From Klebsiella phage P-K7R, in the sequence record OM317910.1: a DNA stretch of 51,908 nt. One strand, 5' to 3'. A program made the translations under genes and the position numbers. Below are positions 8,023 to 17,748 of this stretch, piece by piece. The notes below the pieces were generated by a model. The model did not search any database. It worked only from the letters and a program-made list of their open reading frames with translations, and had not been told where the DNA came from. Position 1 is the stretch's first letter; the number at the start of each line of letters is the position of its first letter.

Positions 8023-9591
8023 ATGCTAATTTGGGAAGATCTGACGCCCGCGCAAAAGCGGGCAATCAAGGAGGTTAGCCAGGTCTCTTTTGAGAAAATG
8101 ATCAGGATCTGGTTCCAACTCCTGCAAGGCCAGAAGTTTTTAGGTAACTGGCATTTCTCTTTGCTGTGCTGGAAGGTAGAGCAGATCATAAAGGGTGAGG
8201 CTCAAAACGTGATCTTTAATATCACGCCAGGCTCAGGCAAAACGGAGATATTCTCAATCCATATGCCTGTTTATGCCATGCTGCAAAGCAAGAAAGTGCG
8301 CAACCTTAACCTTTCGTTTAGTGATGGCCTGGTTCAGCAAAACAGCAGCCGCGTGAAAGAGATTATCGGATCGCCGGAGTTTCAGGAGCTTTGGCCCTGC
8401 AAGCTATCAAAGGCAAGCTCCAAGGATATCACCGCGCTTAACGAAAACGGCAAGGTGTGGCTGCAACTCAATTCACGCGCGATCGGCGGCCAGGTTACTG
8501 GTCTGCGTGGTGGCTACATGGATGATTTTTTTACTGGCATGCTGACGCTTGACGACCCGGACAAGCCCGACGATATGTTTTCTGCCGTGCGCCGCGCGTC
8601 AATCCACACGCGACTAAAAAACACCGTGCGCTCACGTCGCATGAAAGACACAACGCCTTGCGTAGTGGTTCAGCAGCGGCTACACGTTAACGATTCAACG
8701 TGGTTTCTGTTAAATGGCGGCATGGGTGGCATTGAGTTTGACGTTGTGAGCATTCCGGCGCTGGTTACGGAAGAATATCGCGAAACGCTTCCTGACTGGT
8801 TGAAACCCGAATTTGATCGGGACGTGCTGACGAGCGAACCAGTATACATTGACGGCGTGGCCCATTACTCTTTTTGGCCCGCGAAGGAAAGCGCGGAATC
8901 GCTGTTAGCGCTGCGTGAGGCTGACTTGTACACGTTCGAATCTCAGTACCAGCAACGACCGATCGCGCTTGGCGGTAACGTGTTCAAAGCGGAGTGGTTC
9001 CAGTATTACGGCGGCGGCGAGAAATGCACGCTACCAAAACCGGATCGCTTTGAGTACACGTTTATCACTGCGGATACTGCGCAAAAAGTCGGAGAGTTAA
9101 ACGACTATACTGTTTTATGCTATTGGGGCATTTACAAGGATCGCGTTTACTTTATCGACGGCGTGCGCGGAAAGTGGGAAGCGCCGGATCTGGAAACGCA
9201 ATTCGTTGCCTTTGTCAATCAGTGCTGGAAGCGAAACAAGGAATGTGGAACGCTGCGCAAAATCTACGTTGAGGATAAGGCAAGCGGTACTGGCTTAATC
9301 CAGGGCGCGAAAAAGAAAATGCCGATCGATATCGAGCCAGTGCAGCGCGATAAAGATAAGGCAACCCGCGCTATGGACGCCGCACCAGTCATGAAGGCTG
9401 GGCGCGTTGCTTTGCCGGAATCGCATCCGATGCTTGCGGAATTGCTGGCTGAAACATCCGCTTTCACTTTCGACGATTCACATCCTCATGATGATATCGT
9501 TGATAACCTTGTTGATGCTGTAAACCTTGGCCTCAACCTGGCGGATGATCCGGTTTCCCGCATGAAGCGGTTAGCTGGCTTGAAGAAATAG
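8023..9591 (+). CDS. Terminase large subunit
   Basis: NITPGSGKTEIF Walker A; C-terminal nuclease-like region with FITADTAQK and HPHDDIVDNLVDAV. Confidence 0.93.
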   Translation: MLIWEDLTPAQKRAIKEVSQVSFEKMIRIWFQLLQGQKFLGNWHFSLLCWKVEQIIKGEAQNVIFNITPGSGKTEIFSIHMPVYAMLQSKKVRNLNLSFSDGLVQQNSSRVKEIIGSPEFQELWPCKLSKASSKDITALNENGKVWLQLNSRAIGGQVTGLRGGYMDDFFTGMLTLDDPDKPDDMFSAVRRASIHTRLKNTVRSRRMKDTTPCVVVQQRLHVNDSTWFLLNGGMGGIEFDVVSIPALVTEEYRETLPDWLKPEFDRDVLTSEPVYIDGVAHYSFWPAKESAESLLALREADLYTFESQYQQRPIALGGNVFKAEWFQYYGGGEKCTLPKPDRFEYTFITADTAQKVGELNDYTVLCYWGIYKDRVYFIDGVRGKWEAPDLETQFVAFVNQCWKRNKECGTLRKIYVEDKASGTGLIQGAKKKMPIDIEPVQRDKDKATRAMDAAPVMKAGRVALPESHPMLAELLAETSAFTFDDSHPHDDIVDNLVDAVNLGLNLADDPVSRMKRLAGLKK

Positions 9592-9603
9592 CACGAATTG
9601 CTA
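9589..9603 (+). promoter_or_regulatory. Palindrome TAGCACGAATTGCTA with atypical downstream architecture
   Basis: TATAAT lies only 8 nt downstream (9612..9617); a terminator-like hairpin occupies the usual -10 zone. Confidence 0.7.
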
Positions 9604-9617
9604 AACGCATGTATAAT

Positions 9618-9646
9618 CAAGGCTGGACAATTCCAGCCTTTTTTAT
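9618..9646 (+). terminator. Terminator-like hairpin AAGGCTGG-ACAATT-CCAGCCTTTTTTATT
   Basis: Perfect 8-bp stem plus U tract. Confidence 0.8.
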
Positions 9647-9660
9647 TATGGGAGAAAGTT

Positions 9661-10932
9661 ATGAGCAAGATTGTAAAAGCCGATGGCTACAACGAAATTT
9701 TCAAGGGGGAGAAGCGAGCCGAACAGCCTTTTTATATGGCGGGCCTCGCCAAAAGTTCAATCGCAACCTTTTACGAGCAAGACGGACTCGCAAAAAAGAT
9801 TATCGACGTGATCCCGGAGGATATGGTTACACCAGGGTTTAGCCTTGAGGGGGTCAAGGATGAGGTGGCGTTTCGCTCCTTGTGGGATGGAATGCGCCTA
9901 AACGCAAAGATTATTGATGCTCTTTGCTGGTCGCGTCTATTTGGTGGCGCTGCAATCGTGGCGGTTGTTGCTGATGGTCGGATGCTAAAATCCCCGGTCA
10001 AAGAGGGTGCATTGCTCGAAGATATTCGCGTTTACGATCGCTTTCAGGTGAAAGTTGAGAAACGAGAAACCAACGCGCGGAGCGTCCGTTACGGTGAGCC
10101 TGTCTTGTACAAGATTTCTCCCGGTAGCGATATTCCTGATTATTACGTGCATTACACCAGGATTTGCATTATTGACGGCGAGCGACTCCCGAACGAGCAG
10201 CGCAAAAATAATGATGGCTGGGGCGCGTCAATCCTCAACAAGCGCCTGATTGAAGCAATCCACGATTACAACTATTGCGAAGAACTGGCGACGCAGTTAC
10301 TACGCCGGAAACAGCAAGCCGTATGGAAGGCTAAGGGGCTTTCAGCCATTTGCGACGACGACGAGGGCGAATACGCGGCACGGCTGCGGCTGGCTCAGGT
10401 TGACGACGAAAGCGGCGTTGGCAAGGCGATCGGGATTGATGCGGAAGATGAGGATTACACCGTTTTAAACTCCGATGTTTCCGGGGTGGCGGAGTTCCTG
10501 GAGAAAAAGTTAGATCGCATCGTTTCGCTGTCTGGTATTCATGAGATCGTGCTTAAAAATAAAAACACTGGCGGCGTTAGCGCAAGCCAAAACACGGCGC
10601 TTGAAACTTATCACAAGCTGATCGAGCGCAAGCGCAAAGAGGACTACAAGCCGATTCTGGAGTTCATCTTGCCGTTCATTGTGACAGAATCGGAGTGGTC
10701 GATTGTATTTGAACCGCTGGCGGTTCCGAGCGATAAAGATCAGGCGGAGGTTCTAAACAAAAACGTTGATTCAATCGTGAAACTGATTCAGGATCAGGCT
10801 ATGGATACCGAAGAAGCACGCGACACGCTGCGCTCCTTTGGCTCAATCCTGAAACTGAAAGAGACGGACAAAATCAAGCTGCCGGAGCCGGAGCCGGAGC
10901 CGGAGCCAGGCATGGGGGAAAATGACCAATGA
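9661..10932 (+). CDS. Portal protein (DUF1073-type)
   Basis: Position after TerL; sequence features (AEQPFYMAGLAKSSIATFYEQDGLAKKIIDVIPEDM); PEPEPEPEPG tail. Confidence 0.85.
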   Translation: MSKIVKADGYNEIFKGEKRAEQPFYMAGLAKSSIATFYEQDGLAKKIIDVIPEDMVTPGFSLEGVKDEVAFRSLWDGMRLNAKIIDALCWSRLFGGAAIVAVVADGRMLKSPVKEGALLEDIRVYDRFQVKVEKRETNARSVRYGEPVLYKISPGSDIPDYYVHYTRICIIDGERLPNEQRKNNDGWGASILNKRLIEAIHDYNYCEELATQLLRRKQQAVWKAKGLSAICDDDEGEYAARLRLAQVDDESGVGKAIGIDAEDEDYTVLNSDVSGVAEFLEKKLDRIVSLSGIHEIVLKNKNTGGVSASQNTALETYHKLIERKRKEDYKPILEFILPFIVTESEWSIVFEPLAVPSDKDQAEVLNKNVDSIVKLIQDQAMDTEEARDTLRSFGSILKLKETDKIKLPEPEPEPEPGMGENDQ

Positions 10933-11693
10933 AAGTTAAAGGAATCGTAAAACAATGGCGATTCCCGGAAGCAAGCGAAAGAGAATTGGCCCGCGAGTTG
11001 CGGCGGGCCGTTCGCGATCTTGTCGTGTTCATGCGCCGGAAAACGCACGCAATGAAATTCGATGCATCGGATGATGAAATTGATAGCGCGGAAAACGAGA
11101 TCATTGATTACGCAAAAGAGCTTGTCGCCGCGCTGATTGGTCTACTTCCGGCGCTGGCGGTGACGGTCTACAAGTTCAACTCTAAGCAGTGGTTAAACGT
11201 CGCAAAATCCACCGGAGGCACAAAGAATCAGGCCGTTATGCTTTTGATGCTGGTTGGCCCTACGCAAAGCGAAACATGGTACGAAACGCTTTACAAGCAA
11301 TGGGAAACCATGAGCGCCGGATCGCTTGAAAAGCTATTCACCAACATCATTAACGATTGGGCCGGGAATATCAGGCAAGCCAATTTCACCGGAAAGAATA
11401 CCGCTCAGGTAAACGAAATGGCGGAAAAGCGCTTTGCGGTTTATAGTTCCTGGGCCAGCAACCGGGCAACGGGAATCGTTGGCTCCTGGAATAGCCGCCT
11501 CATGCGCCAACGCCTTTATGATGCAGGGGTGACGCATTATTTTTGGCATGGTATGCTTGACGAGCGCGAAAGGTTGCAGCATTTGCAATGGGAAGGTAAG
11601 CGCATTGCAATAAATGCAATACACGATTTCCCCGGCGAGCCTTACGGGTGCCGATGCTGGGCTAGTCCTGATTTCAACAAGGTAGGAGAATGA
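10929..11693 (+). CDS. Phage Mu F-like / SPP1 gp7-like head morphogenesis protein
   Basis: C-terminal HGMLDERERLQHLQWEGK...PGEPYGCRCW. Confidence 0.82.
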   Translation: MKVKGIVKQWRFPEASERELARELRRAVRDLVVFMRRKTHAMKFDASDDEIDSAENEIIDYAKELVAALIGLLPALAVTVYKFNSKQWLNVAKSTGGTKNQAVMLLMLVGPTQSETWYETLYKQWETMSAGSLEKLFTNIINDWAGNIRQANFTGKNTAQVNEMAEKRFAVYSSWASNRATGIVGSWNSRLMRQRLYDAGVTHYFWHGMLDERERLQHLQWEGKRIAINAIHDFPGEPYGCRCWASPDFNKVGE

Positions 11694-11694
11694 G

Positions 11695-12810
11695 ATGAAA
11701 AAAGTACAACGTTTTGACAGCGTGCAGGTGAAAGCGCATTTTGACGAGCACGGCTTTTTAGTGGATCGGCCCATTGTGGCGCGAATCGGCTTGCAGGTTT
11801 ATCAAACTCCTTTCGGCGAGCGCCGGGAGTTCCGCCCCGCCTCCGAGGTTTTTAAGGCTGACTCCCTGGCGACTTTTAGCGGCAAGCCGATCACTTTGGG
11901 GCATGTTACCGTGACGCCGGAAAACGCAAAAGATGTTGTCGTTGGCGCGTGCGCTGGCGAAGGCGTTCCGAGCGGGATCGGGGTAGAGGTTCCGGTTAGC
12001 ATTTACGACAAGCGAGCGATTGACAGCGCCAAAGCCAAAAAGACAGCGGAATTATCCGTTGGCTATAGCTCAATTGATATTGACAAGCCAGGTTGGGGCA
12101 ACAACGCGACGGGCGAATATTTCTTTGATGAAGATATGCCGGAAGGTTGGAAAGCTGATTCCGCTGATTGGGTTCGCTTTGATGCCGTTCAGACCAACAT
12201 TAGCGTTAATCATATCGCTATGGTATTCAAAGGCCGCGCTGGTATCGCAAAATTAAACCTTGATAGCAATCAGGATTTCCCATATGATAACGAGGAATTT
12301 TCAAACAAAGAGGATCAAATTATGACCGTAAAAATTAAGCTTGATGGCGCTGTTGAGTTTGACGTGCCGAAAGAAGTTGCAGCATATATCGACACTGTGA
12401 AAGCTGATGCACAGACCGCACAGGCTAAAGCCGACGGCCTGGAAGCAGAGCGTGATGCCCTACAGGCAAAAGTTGACGGCATCCCGGCAGAAATTGAAGC
12501 CGCCGTTGCTCAGGCAAAAGCAGACGCAGAAGCGCACGCAGCGCTGGTGAAAGTTGCCGAAGAAGCAGGCGTGAAAACTGACGGCCTGGACGCCAAAGCA
12601 ATCAAAGTTGCTTTCGTGAAAGAGGTAACTGGCGCTGACATTTCCGAAAAAGCGGATGCTTATGTTGATGTTGCCTTTGATCTGGCGAAAGAGTCTGATA
12701 AAATGGCGGCTCAACGCAAAGCTATTAAAGGCGATGTTGAGAAAGGCAAAAAAGAAGATGGCGAAGATAAGGTGCTGAATCCTAATGCTCGCCTGGCTAA
12801 ACTGAAATAA
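11695..12810 (+). CDS. DUF2213-like capsid maturation / scaffold protein
   Basis: N-terminal RFDSVQVKAHFDEHGFLVDRPIVARIG; C-terminal Ala/Lys/Glu-rich helical region. Confidence 0.75.
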   Translation: MKKVQRFDSVQVKAHFDEHGFLVDRPIVARIGLQVYQTPFGERREFRPASEVFKADSLATFSGKPITLGHVTVTPENAKDVVVGACAGEGVPSGIGVEVPVSIYDKRAIDSAKAKKTAELSVGYSSIDIDKPGWGNNATGEYFFDEDMPEGWKADSADWVRFDAVQTNISVNHIAMVFKGRAGIAKLNLDSNQDFPYDNEEFSNKEDQIMTVKIKLDGAVEFDVPKEVAAYIDTVKADAQTAQAKADGLEAERDALQAKVDGIPAEIEAAVAQAKADAEAHAALVKVAEEAGVKTDGLDAKAIKVAFVKEVTGADISEKADAYVDVAFDLAKESDKMAAQRKAIKGDVEKGKKEDGEDKVLNPNARLAKLK

Positions 12811-12822
12811 GGAGCAATAATT

Positions 12823-13314
12823 ATGGCTACTATTGGCGCAACCTATCACGAACAAATGGCGCGGGCGCTTCCGGGCCAGTGGGGCGACACCTCCGCATAC
12901 AATATCGACGGCGCTTGTGTGGTTGGCAAGCCGGAGGGCGGCGAAGTTGGCGATATTTACGTTGGCGCGGCGGTTCAGCATGGCGGCGTTGACGCTATGG
13001 GCAACAAGCTGATTAAACCAATGGAGGTAAGCGGCAAGGCTTATGGCGTGGCGATTCGCTCCCACTTCCAGACCACCGCAAAAAACGGTCGAATGGTTTA
13101 TGAGGGTGGCGGCGGCATTAACGTAATGACCGAAGGGCGCGTTTGGATGCTTCGCAATAAAGACGAAAAAACCGCACCAACTTTCGGGGAAGCCGTTAAA
13201 CTGGATACGGACGGCACTGTTAAAGCCGAAGGCGCGATCGAAACCGCTTGGACTTTCACCGGGGATTATACCGCATTTGGTGATCTGCAACTGGTAGAGG
13301 TTCAGGTTCAGTAA
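12823..13314 (+). CDS. Head decoration / structural cement-like protein, copy 1
   Basis: Located between DUF2213 and capsid genes; Gly-rich beta protein; paralogous with 13359..13865. Confidence 0.7.
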   Translation: MATIGATYHEQMARALPGQWGDTSAYNIDGACVVGKPEGGEVGDIYVGAAVQHGGVDAMGNKLIKPMEVSGKAYGVAIRSHFQTTAKNGRMVYEGGGGINVMTEGRVWMLRNKDEKTAPTFGEAVKLDTDGTVKAEGAIETAWTFTGDYTAFGDLQLVEVQVQ

Positions 13315-13319
13315 TTCAC

Positions 13320-13345
13320 AAGGCGCTCAATGAGCGCCTTTTTTA
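13320..13345 (+). terminator. Terminator AAGGCGCTC-AAT-GAGCGCCTTTTTT
   Basis: Perfect stem plus U tract. Confidence 0.88.
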
Positions 13346-13358
13346 ATGGGAGTTTATT

Positions 13359-13865
13359 ATGTCTGATTACGGCGTGTTATGGGGCGCGAGCCTCCCCGGT
13401 TGCCTGGTTGATTCCACGCGATACAACATTAACGGCACCGGAGTTTGCAAAGATGAATCTATCCTGATTGGTAAGGCCGTTGGCTTTGGTGGCATCGTTG
13501 ATGGCTATCGCATGGTTACTGCTGATCTGGCTGATGGCTTAATGCCTTTTGGTGTTGCGCTGCGTTCTCACGATTGCCTTTACGAAGATGAGCAATTAGG
13601 TTATATGGCTTACCGCTCAGGCGATCCAATGAGCGTTGTTACTCGCGGGCGCGTTTGGGTTCTGACCAAGCAAATCATGGAGGCTCCGCAACATGGCGAT
13701 CCGGTTTACGTTCTGGAGGATGGGCTTGTTGGCAAAAGCGGCGGCGTTCTGCCTGGCGGTTGGGCTTTTACTGGCGACTTTTTCAAGATGGATCGTCAAT
13801 TTAATATTGTTGGCGTTAACATTCTTCCTGCTGGCAAGCAAGAATTGTCCGCCGTGCTACCATAA
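13359..13865 (+). CDS. Head decoration / structural cement-like protein, copy 2
   Basis: Aligned motifs with copy 1 (YNI.G..V, GR.WVL, GGWAFTGDF vs ETAWTFTGDY). Confidence 0.65.
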   Translation: MSDYGVLWGASLPGCLVDSTRYNINGTGVCKDESILIGKAVGFGGIVDGYRMVTADLADGLMPFGVALRSHDCLYEDEQLGYMAYRSGDPMSVVTRGRVWVLTKQIMEAPQHGDPVYVLEDGLVGKSGGVLPGGWAFTGDFFKMDRQFNIVGVNILPAGKQELSAVLP

Positions 13866-13872
13866 AAAATTG

Positions 13873-13900
13873 TTGCACGTTTAACAAAAAATGCTATCAT
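13873..13900 (+). promoter_or_regulatory. Sigma70-like promoter TTGCAC-N16-TATCAT upstream of capsid gene, overlapped by degenerate palindrome TAACA-AAAAA-TGCTA (13882..13896)
   Basis: Direct reading; followed by GGCCGTT/AACGGCC leader hairpin 13903..13926. Confidence 0.6.
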
Positions 13901-13943
13901 TGGGCCGTTGATTATCAATAACGGCCTTTAAGGGAGTTTTATT

Positions 13944-14909
13944 ATGACTAAGAAATATGACGAATTTGACGCCAGCGTTGTAACTTCCCACCTGCAAATG
14001 CAGGGCGTGAAAGCTGACGCCGCTGATATGGGCATCTGGACTGCGCAGGAGCTTCACAAGATCCGCTCCAATGCATACGAAAAAGAATACCCGGCTGGCT
14101 CCGCGCTGCGCGTCTTTCCGGTCACTAACGAATTGAGCGACACCGACAAAACCTTTGAATATCAGGTTTTTGATAAAGTTGGTTACGCAAAAATCATCGC
14201 AGATTATACCGACGACCTGCCGACCGTTGACGCGCTGATGAGTTCCGAGTTCGGTAAAGTGTTCCGCCTGGGTAATGCCTTCCTGATTTCCATCGACGAA
14301 ATCAAAGCGGGCCAGCGCACAGGTAAGAGCCTTTCCACTCGTAAGGCCAACGCCGCACAGGGTGCTCATGATCAGCTTGTGAATCAGCTTGTTTTCCGTG
14401 GCTCCAAGCCGCACAAAATCGTAAGCGTATTCGATCATCCGAACCTGACTAAAATCACGTCCGAAGGCTGGTTATCTTCCGCTGGCGTTAAGTCACCGGA
14501 AAAAGCTTCCGAAGAACTGGAAAAAGCGATCGAAACCATCGAAACGCTGACTAAGGGACAGCACCGCGCAACGCACATCCTGATCCCGCCGTCTATGCGT
14601 AAAGTTCTGATGGTTCGCATGCCGGAAACCACCGAAAGCTATCTCGATTACTTCATGAAGCAAAACGGCGGAATCACCATCGAATCCATTTCCGAACTGG
14701 AAGATATCGACGGCAAAGGAACTAAAGGCTGCCTGGTTTACGAAAAAGATCCAATGAATATGAGCATTGAGATCCCGGAAGCGTTTAACATGCTCCCGGC
14801 GCAGCCGAAAGACCTGCATTTCAAAGTGCCTTGCACCTCTAAATGCACTGGCTTAACCATCTATCGCCCGCTGACCCTGGTTCTGATTACCGGGCTTGTC
14901 AAAGGTTAA
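13944..14909 (+). CDS. Major capsid protein (DUF2184-like)
   Basis: Position, size, strong leader, sequence FPVTNELSDTDKTFEYQVFDKVGYAKII. Confidence 0.85.
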   Translation: MTKKYDEFDASVVTSHLQMQGVKADAADMGIWTAQELHKIRSNAYEKEYPAGSALRVFPVTNELSDTDKTFEYQVFDKVGYAKIIADYTDDLPTVDALMSSEFGKVFRLGNAFLISIDEIKAGQRTGKSLSTRKANAAQGAHDQLVNQLVFRGSKPHKIVSVFDHPNLTKITSEGWLSSAGVKSPEKASEELEKAIETIETLTKGQHRATHILIPPSMRKVLMVRMPETTESYLDYFMKQNGGITIESISELEDIDGKGTKGCLVYEKDPMNMSIEIPEAFNMLPAQPKDLHFKVPCTSKCTGLTIYRPLTLVLITGLVKG

Positions 14910-14925
14910 TAAATGGTTTAATATC

Positions 14926-14952
14926 GGGGAATCCTTCGGGGTTCCCCTTTTA
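14926..14952 (+). terminator. Terminator GGGGAA...TTCCCCTTTTT
   Basis: Inverted repeat plus U tract. Confidence 0.75.
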
Positions 14953-14969
14953 TTTTATGGAGATTCAAA

Positions 14970-15242
14970 ATGGCTAAAAAAGAAACTGTAACTCTCGTTA
15001 ACACTGGCTTATGCATGATCATTGTTGGCGACTTAAATCTGATGCCGGGCCAGGAAATGGAGATCGAAAAAGATAAGTTGGAAACCTCCGCTTTTCAATA
15101 TCTGATCTCTCGCGGCGACGCAGCCGTTAAAGACAATTCCGCGCTGACCGAGGAAGTGAAAGCCAAGGCCAATGCGCGACGCAAGAAAGACCCCACCGAG
15201 GGTAAGAGCCGTAAAGAACTGGAAGACGGCGGCGAATTTTAA
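14970..15242 (+). CDS. Hypothetical structural-module protein
   Basis: ORF with RBS. Confidence 0.65.
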   Translation: MAKKETVTLVNTGLCMIIVGDLNLMPGQEMEIEKDKLETSAFQYLISRGDAAVKDNSALTEEVKAKANARRKKDPTEGKSRKELEDGGEF

Positions 15243-15288
15243 TACCTGGGGCGCTTATGCGCCCTTTGTCATATCTGGAGACTGAAAA

Positions 15289-15822
15289 ATGCTAAGAGAT
15301 ATTGATTACGTTTTGCTTGAAATCCAGCGGTTAGCGCCGCCAATGAAATCCGTTGATGTTGAAATTATCGCGGCTTGGATTGATCTTGCATCCGAATTTG
15401 TAAGCCCTTCGCGGTTTGGCGATGCATATTACAAAGCGCTTGCGCTGTATACGCTTCACCTGATGGCGCTTGATGGCGCGATGAAGCAGGAAGGCGAGAG
15501 CGTGGAAAGTTATTCGAGGCGCGTTGCGTCGTTCTCCCTGACTGGTGAATTTTCGCAGACGTTCGATCGCGTCTCCGCTGATAGCTCAGGTAAAACGCTC
15601 AGGCAAACACCCTGGGGGAAAATGTATGAGCTATTGCTCAAGAAAAAAGGCGGCGGCTTTGGCCTCATTAGCGGCCTACATCGGCGGCGCATGCCATGCC
15701 TAAAAAGGATTGATAGCATGGATATACAAGAGCTTATCGACGGCATAGCGCTAAACAGCGGGCGCATTAACTCGCTTGGCGAATACCTCTTAGGCAAAGA
15801 AGTTAAAAGGAGTACCCAATGA
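15289..15822 (+). CDS. Head-tail connector, DUF4054-like
   Basis: Sequence and synteny ([27 protein letters not shown]). Confidence 0.7.
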   Translation: MLRDIDYVLLEIQRLAPPMKSVDVEIIAAWIDLASEFVSPSRFGDAYYKALALYTLHLMALDGAMKQEGESVESYSRRVASFSLTGEFSQTFDRVSADSSGKTLRQTPWGKMYELLLKKKGGGFGLISGLHRRRMPCLKRIDSMDIQELIDGIALNSGRINSLGEYLLGKEVKRSTQ

Positions 15823-16190
15823 ACTACGCAGAAATAAAGCGGTTGGCGAGCGCCGGGATCGCGTTTTTCAGCGACGGCGACGGCGAATTTAAATGCATCA
15901 TCCAGGCTGGCGGCGTTGATATCGTTGGCGGGGTTGAGGTTGAGAAACCGGAAATCACAACCACAATTAAAGGGCTTGTGCGGTCGCCAAGGGTTCGCGA
16001 GGTTGACGGTGAAACAATCCGAGTAACGGATAAGTTGGGCATCTTTAATGGCGACGTCGAAATATTAAACGGCTACATGGTCGAGATTGACGGCGAGCGC
16101 TACGTTGTGACCGAAGCAAGACCAATCAGGCAAACAAGCACAACGGTAGCCTACCGCCCGATCTTGCGGAGGGTTGCGGTTCATGGCTAA
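15819..16190 (+). CDS. Neck / head-tail joining hypothetical protein
   Basis: Synteny. Confidence 0.6.
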   Translation: MNYAEIKRLASAGIAFFSDGDGEFKCIIQAGGVDIVGGVEVEKPEITTTIKGLVRSPRVREVDGETIRVTDKLGIFNGDVEILNGYMVEIDGERYVVTEARPIRQTSTTVAYRPILRRVAVHG

Positions 16191-16623
16191 CTATTCGATC
16201 CGGGAATTTCAGGGAAACATTGATAAATGGATTGATGCTGTTAGTGATGGCGTTGTTGATTGCGTGGAGATATTCGCCGGAAAGGTTCAGGCGGCGCTTG
16301 TTGAAGGCTCGCCAGTGGACACCGGGCGCTTTCGCGGTAACTGGCAAGTTACGCCGAACAGGCCACCACTTTACGCGCTCAACAACTACGACAAAGACGG
16401 CAGCAAAACCATTGCGGAGGGTAAGCGGGCAATTTACGCTATCTTGCGCGGCGGCGGCGCGGTTCGTTCAATCCATTTTTCTAACATGCTGATTTACGCT
16501 AACGCGCTTGAATACGGGCATTCAAAGCAAGCGCCCGCTGGTGTTGTTGGCATTGTTGCAATACGCTTGCGCTCATTCATGGCGGAGGCGATCAAAGAGT
16601 CGAGGGCGAAAAATGCATTATGA
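16183..16623 (+). CDS. HK97 gp10-like neck / tail completion protein
   Basis: SPVDTGRFRGNWQV motif; ORF 16174..16623. Confidence 0.7.
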   Translation: MANYSIREFQGNIDKWIDAVSDGVVDCVEIFAGKVQAALVEGSPVDTGRFRGNWQVTPNRPPLYALNNYDKDGSKTIAEGKRAIYAILRGGGAVRSIHFSNMLIYANALEYGHSKQAPAGVVGIVAIRLRSFMAEAIKESRAKNAL

Positions 16624-17014
16624 TCTGATGGCTGCGGCGCGTAAGGCGCTCGCAGAGGAATACGAAAGCGAATACCCGATCGCATATGAAAACGTAGAGT
16701 TTAAGCCGCCGAGTAAGGGCGGCATGTGGCTTGCTTTCCACTATACCGAGGCCGAAACGGTTTACGCTTCACTTGATAGAAAATGCCGCTATTATGTTGG
16801 CATGGTTCAGGTTAACGTGATCTTTGCGCCAGGCTCAGGCACGGACAAGGCCCGCAAGATTGCGAAAGGGATTGCTGATTTTTTTGATGATGGTAAAATG
16901 CTTGAGACTGGTTATGTTAACCAGGGCGGCGAGGTTCGCCCGGTACAAAAGAGCGAAACGGGCTGGCTCGTTCCGGTTCGGTTCTATGTAAGAGCAGAAG
17001 AAAAGAGGAAATAA
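16613..17014 (+). CDS. Tail terminator-like protein (DUF4128-like)
   Basis: Synteny and sequence; start ATG 16613 within ORF 16508..17014. Confidence 0.65.
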   Translation: MHYDLMAAARKALAEEYESEYPIAYENVEFKPPSKGGMWLAFHYTEAETVYASLDRKCRYYVGMVQVNVIFAPGSGTDKARKIAKGIADFFDDGKMLETGYVNQGGEVRPVQKSETGWLVPVRFYVRAEEKRK

Positions 17015-17016
17015 AT

Positions 17017-17676
17017 ATGCATCTTCCAAACGGTTCACAGGTTTTTGTTGAGAAAACGCGCGGCGCTTCCGCTATCAACGTGACCAAAATCACTAACGCA
17101 GTCGAGCCTGTGCTGACTTGTGCCTCATCTCATGGCCTGGTAAAGGGTGATTATGTAATCATCACTGGCTCGAATTGGGCCAAACTGATTAACAAGGTTG
17201 GTCGAGTTAAAAACGTATCAACCAATGACGTTACGATCGAAGGTTTCAGCACCGCTGACAGAAACGTTTATTCAGGTAATGGCACCGGGAGCATCTACAA
17301 GATCAGTGACTGGATCGAGGTTCCATGCGTTCAAGATCTCTCCCAGGAAGGCGGCGAGCAGCAGTTTTATACTTACCAGTGCCTGGCCGACGACCGCGAG
17401 CAGCAGATCCCGACTTACAAGAGCGCTGTTTCCATGACCTACACTTTTGCGCACGAATACGATAACCCGATCTATCCGATTCTCCGCGCAGCCGATGAAT
17501 CCGGCCAGGTTAAGGTGATGCGCATGTATGTTCCGCGTGCAAAAGAAATGCGCCTTTGGTCTGGCACTCTCTCGTTTAACGAGATCCCACAGACAGCCGT
17601 TAACGAAATGGAAACCGTTTCGTTGACCGTATCGCTGAAAGGTGATTTCGCGTCTATGGCGGCAAATCCGGCGTAA
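17017..17676 (+). CDS. Major tail tube protein
   Basis: Synteny; size; beta-rich; ahead of tail chaperone. Confidence 0.75.
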   Translation: MHLPNGSQVFVEKTRGASAINVTKITNAVEPVLTCASSHGLVKGDYVIITGSNWAKLINKVGRVKNVSTNDVTIEGFSTADRNVYSGNGTGSIYKISDWIEVPCVQDLSQEGGEQQFYTYQCLADDREQQIPTYKSAVSMTYTFAHEYDNPIYPILRAADESGQVKVMRMYVPRAKEMRLWSGTLSFNEIPQTAVNEMETVSLTVSLKGDFASMAANPA

Positions 17677-17679
17677 TAA

Positions 17680-17706
17680 TCAAAGGGGCTTGCGCCCCTT
17701 TTTTTA
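17680..17706 (+). terminator. Terminator AAGGGGC-TTGC-GCCCCTTTTTTT
   Basis: Stem plus U tract. Confidence 0.85.
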
Positions 17707-17748
17707 TTTGTGTAATATCAAGGCTCCATCCAATCAGGAGAAAAGCAA

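Noticed and set aside
10881-10911. CCGGAG hexanucleotide repeat at end of portal gene
   Set aside because: Simple repeat encoding a PEPEPEPEP tail; common coding low complexity.
12460-13290. Long antisense ORF (276 aa) opposite the scaffold/cement genes
   Set aside because: Cys/His/Asn-rich composition without RBS, fully overlaps well-supported genes on the plus strand; frame is a by-product of codon usage.
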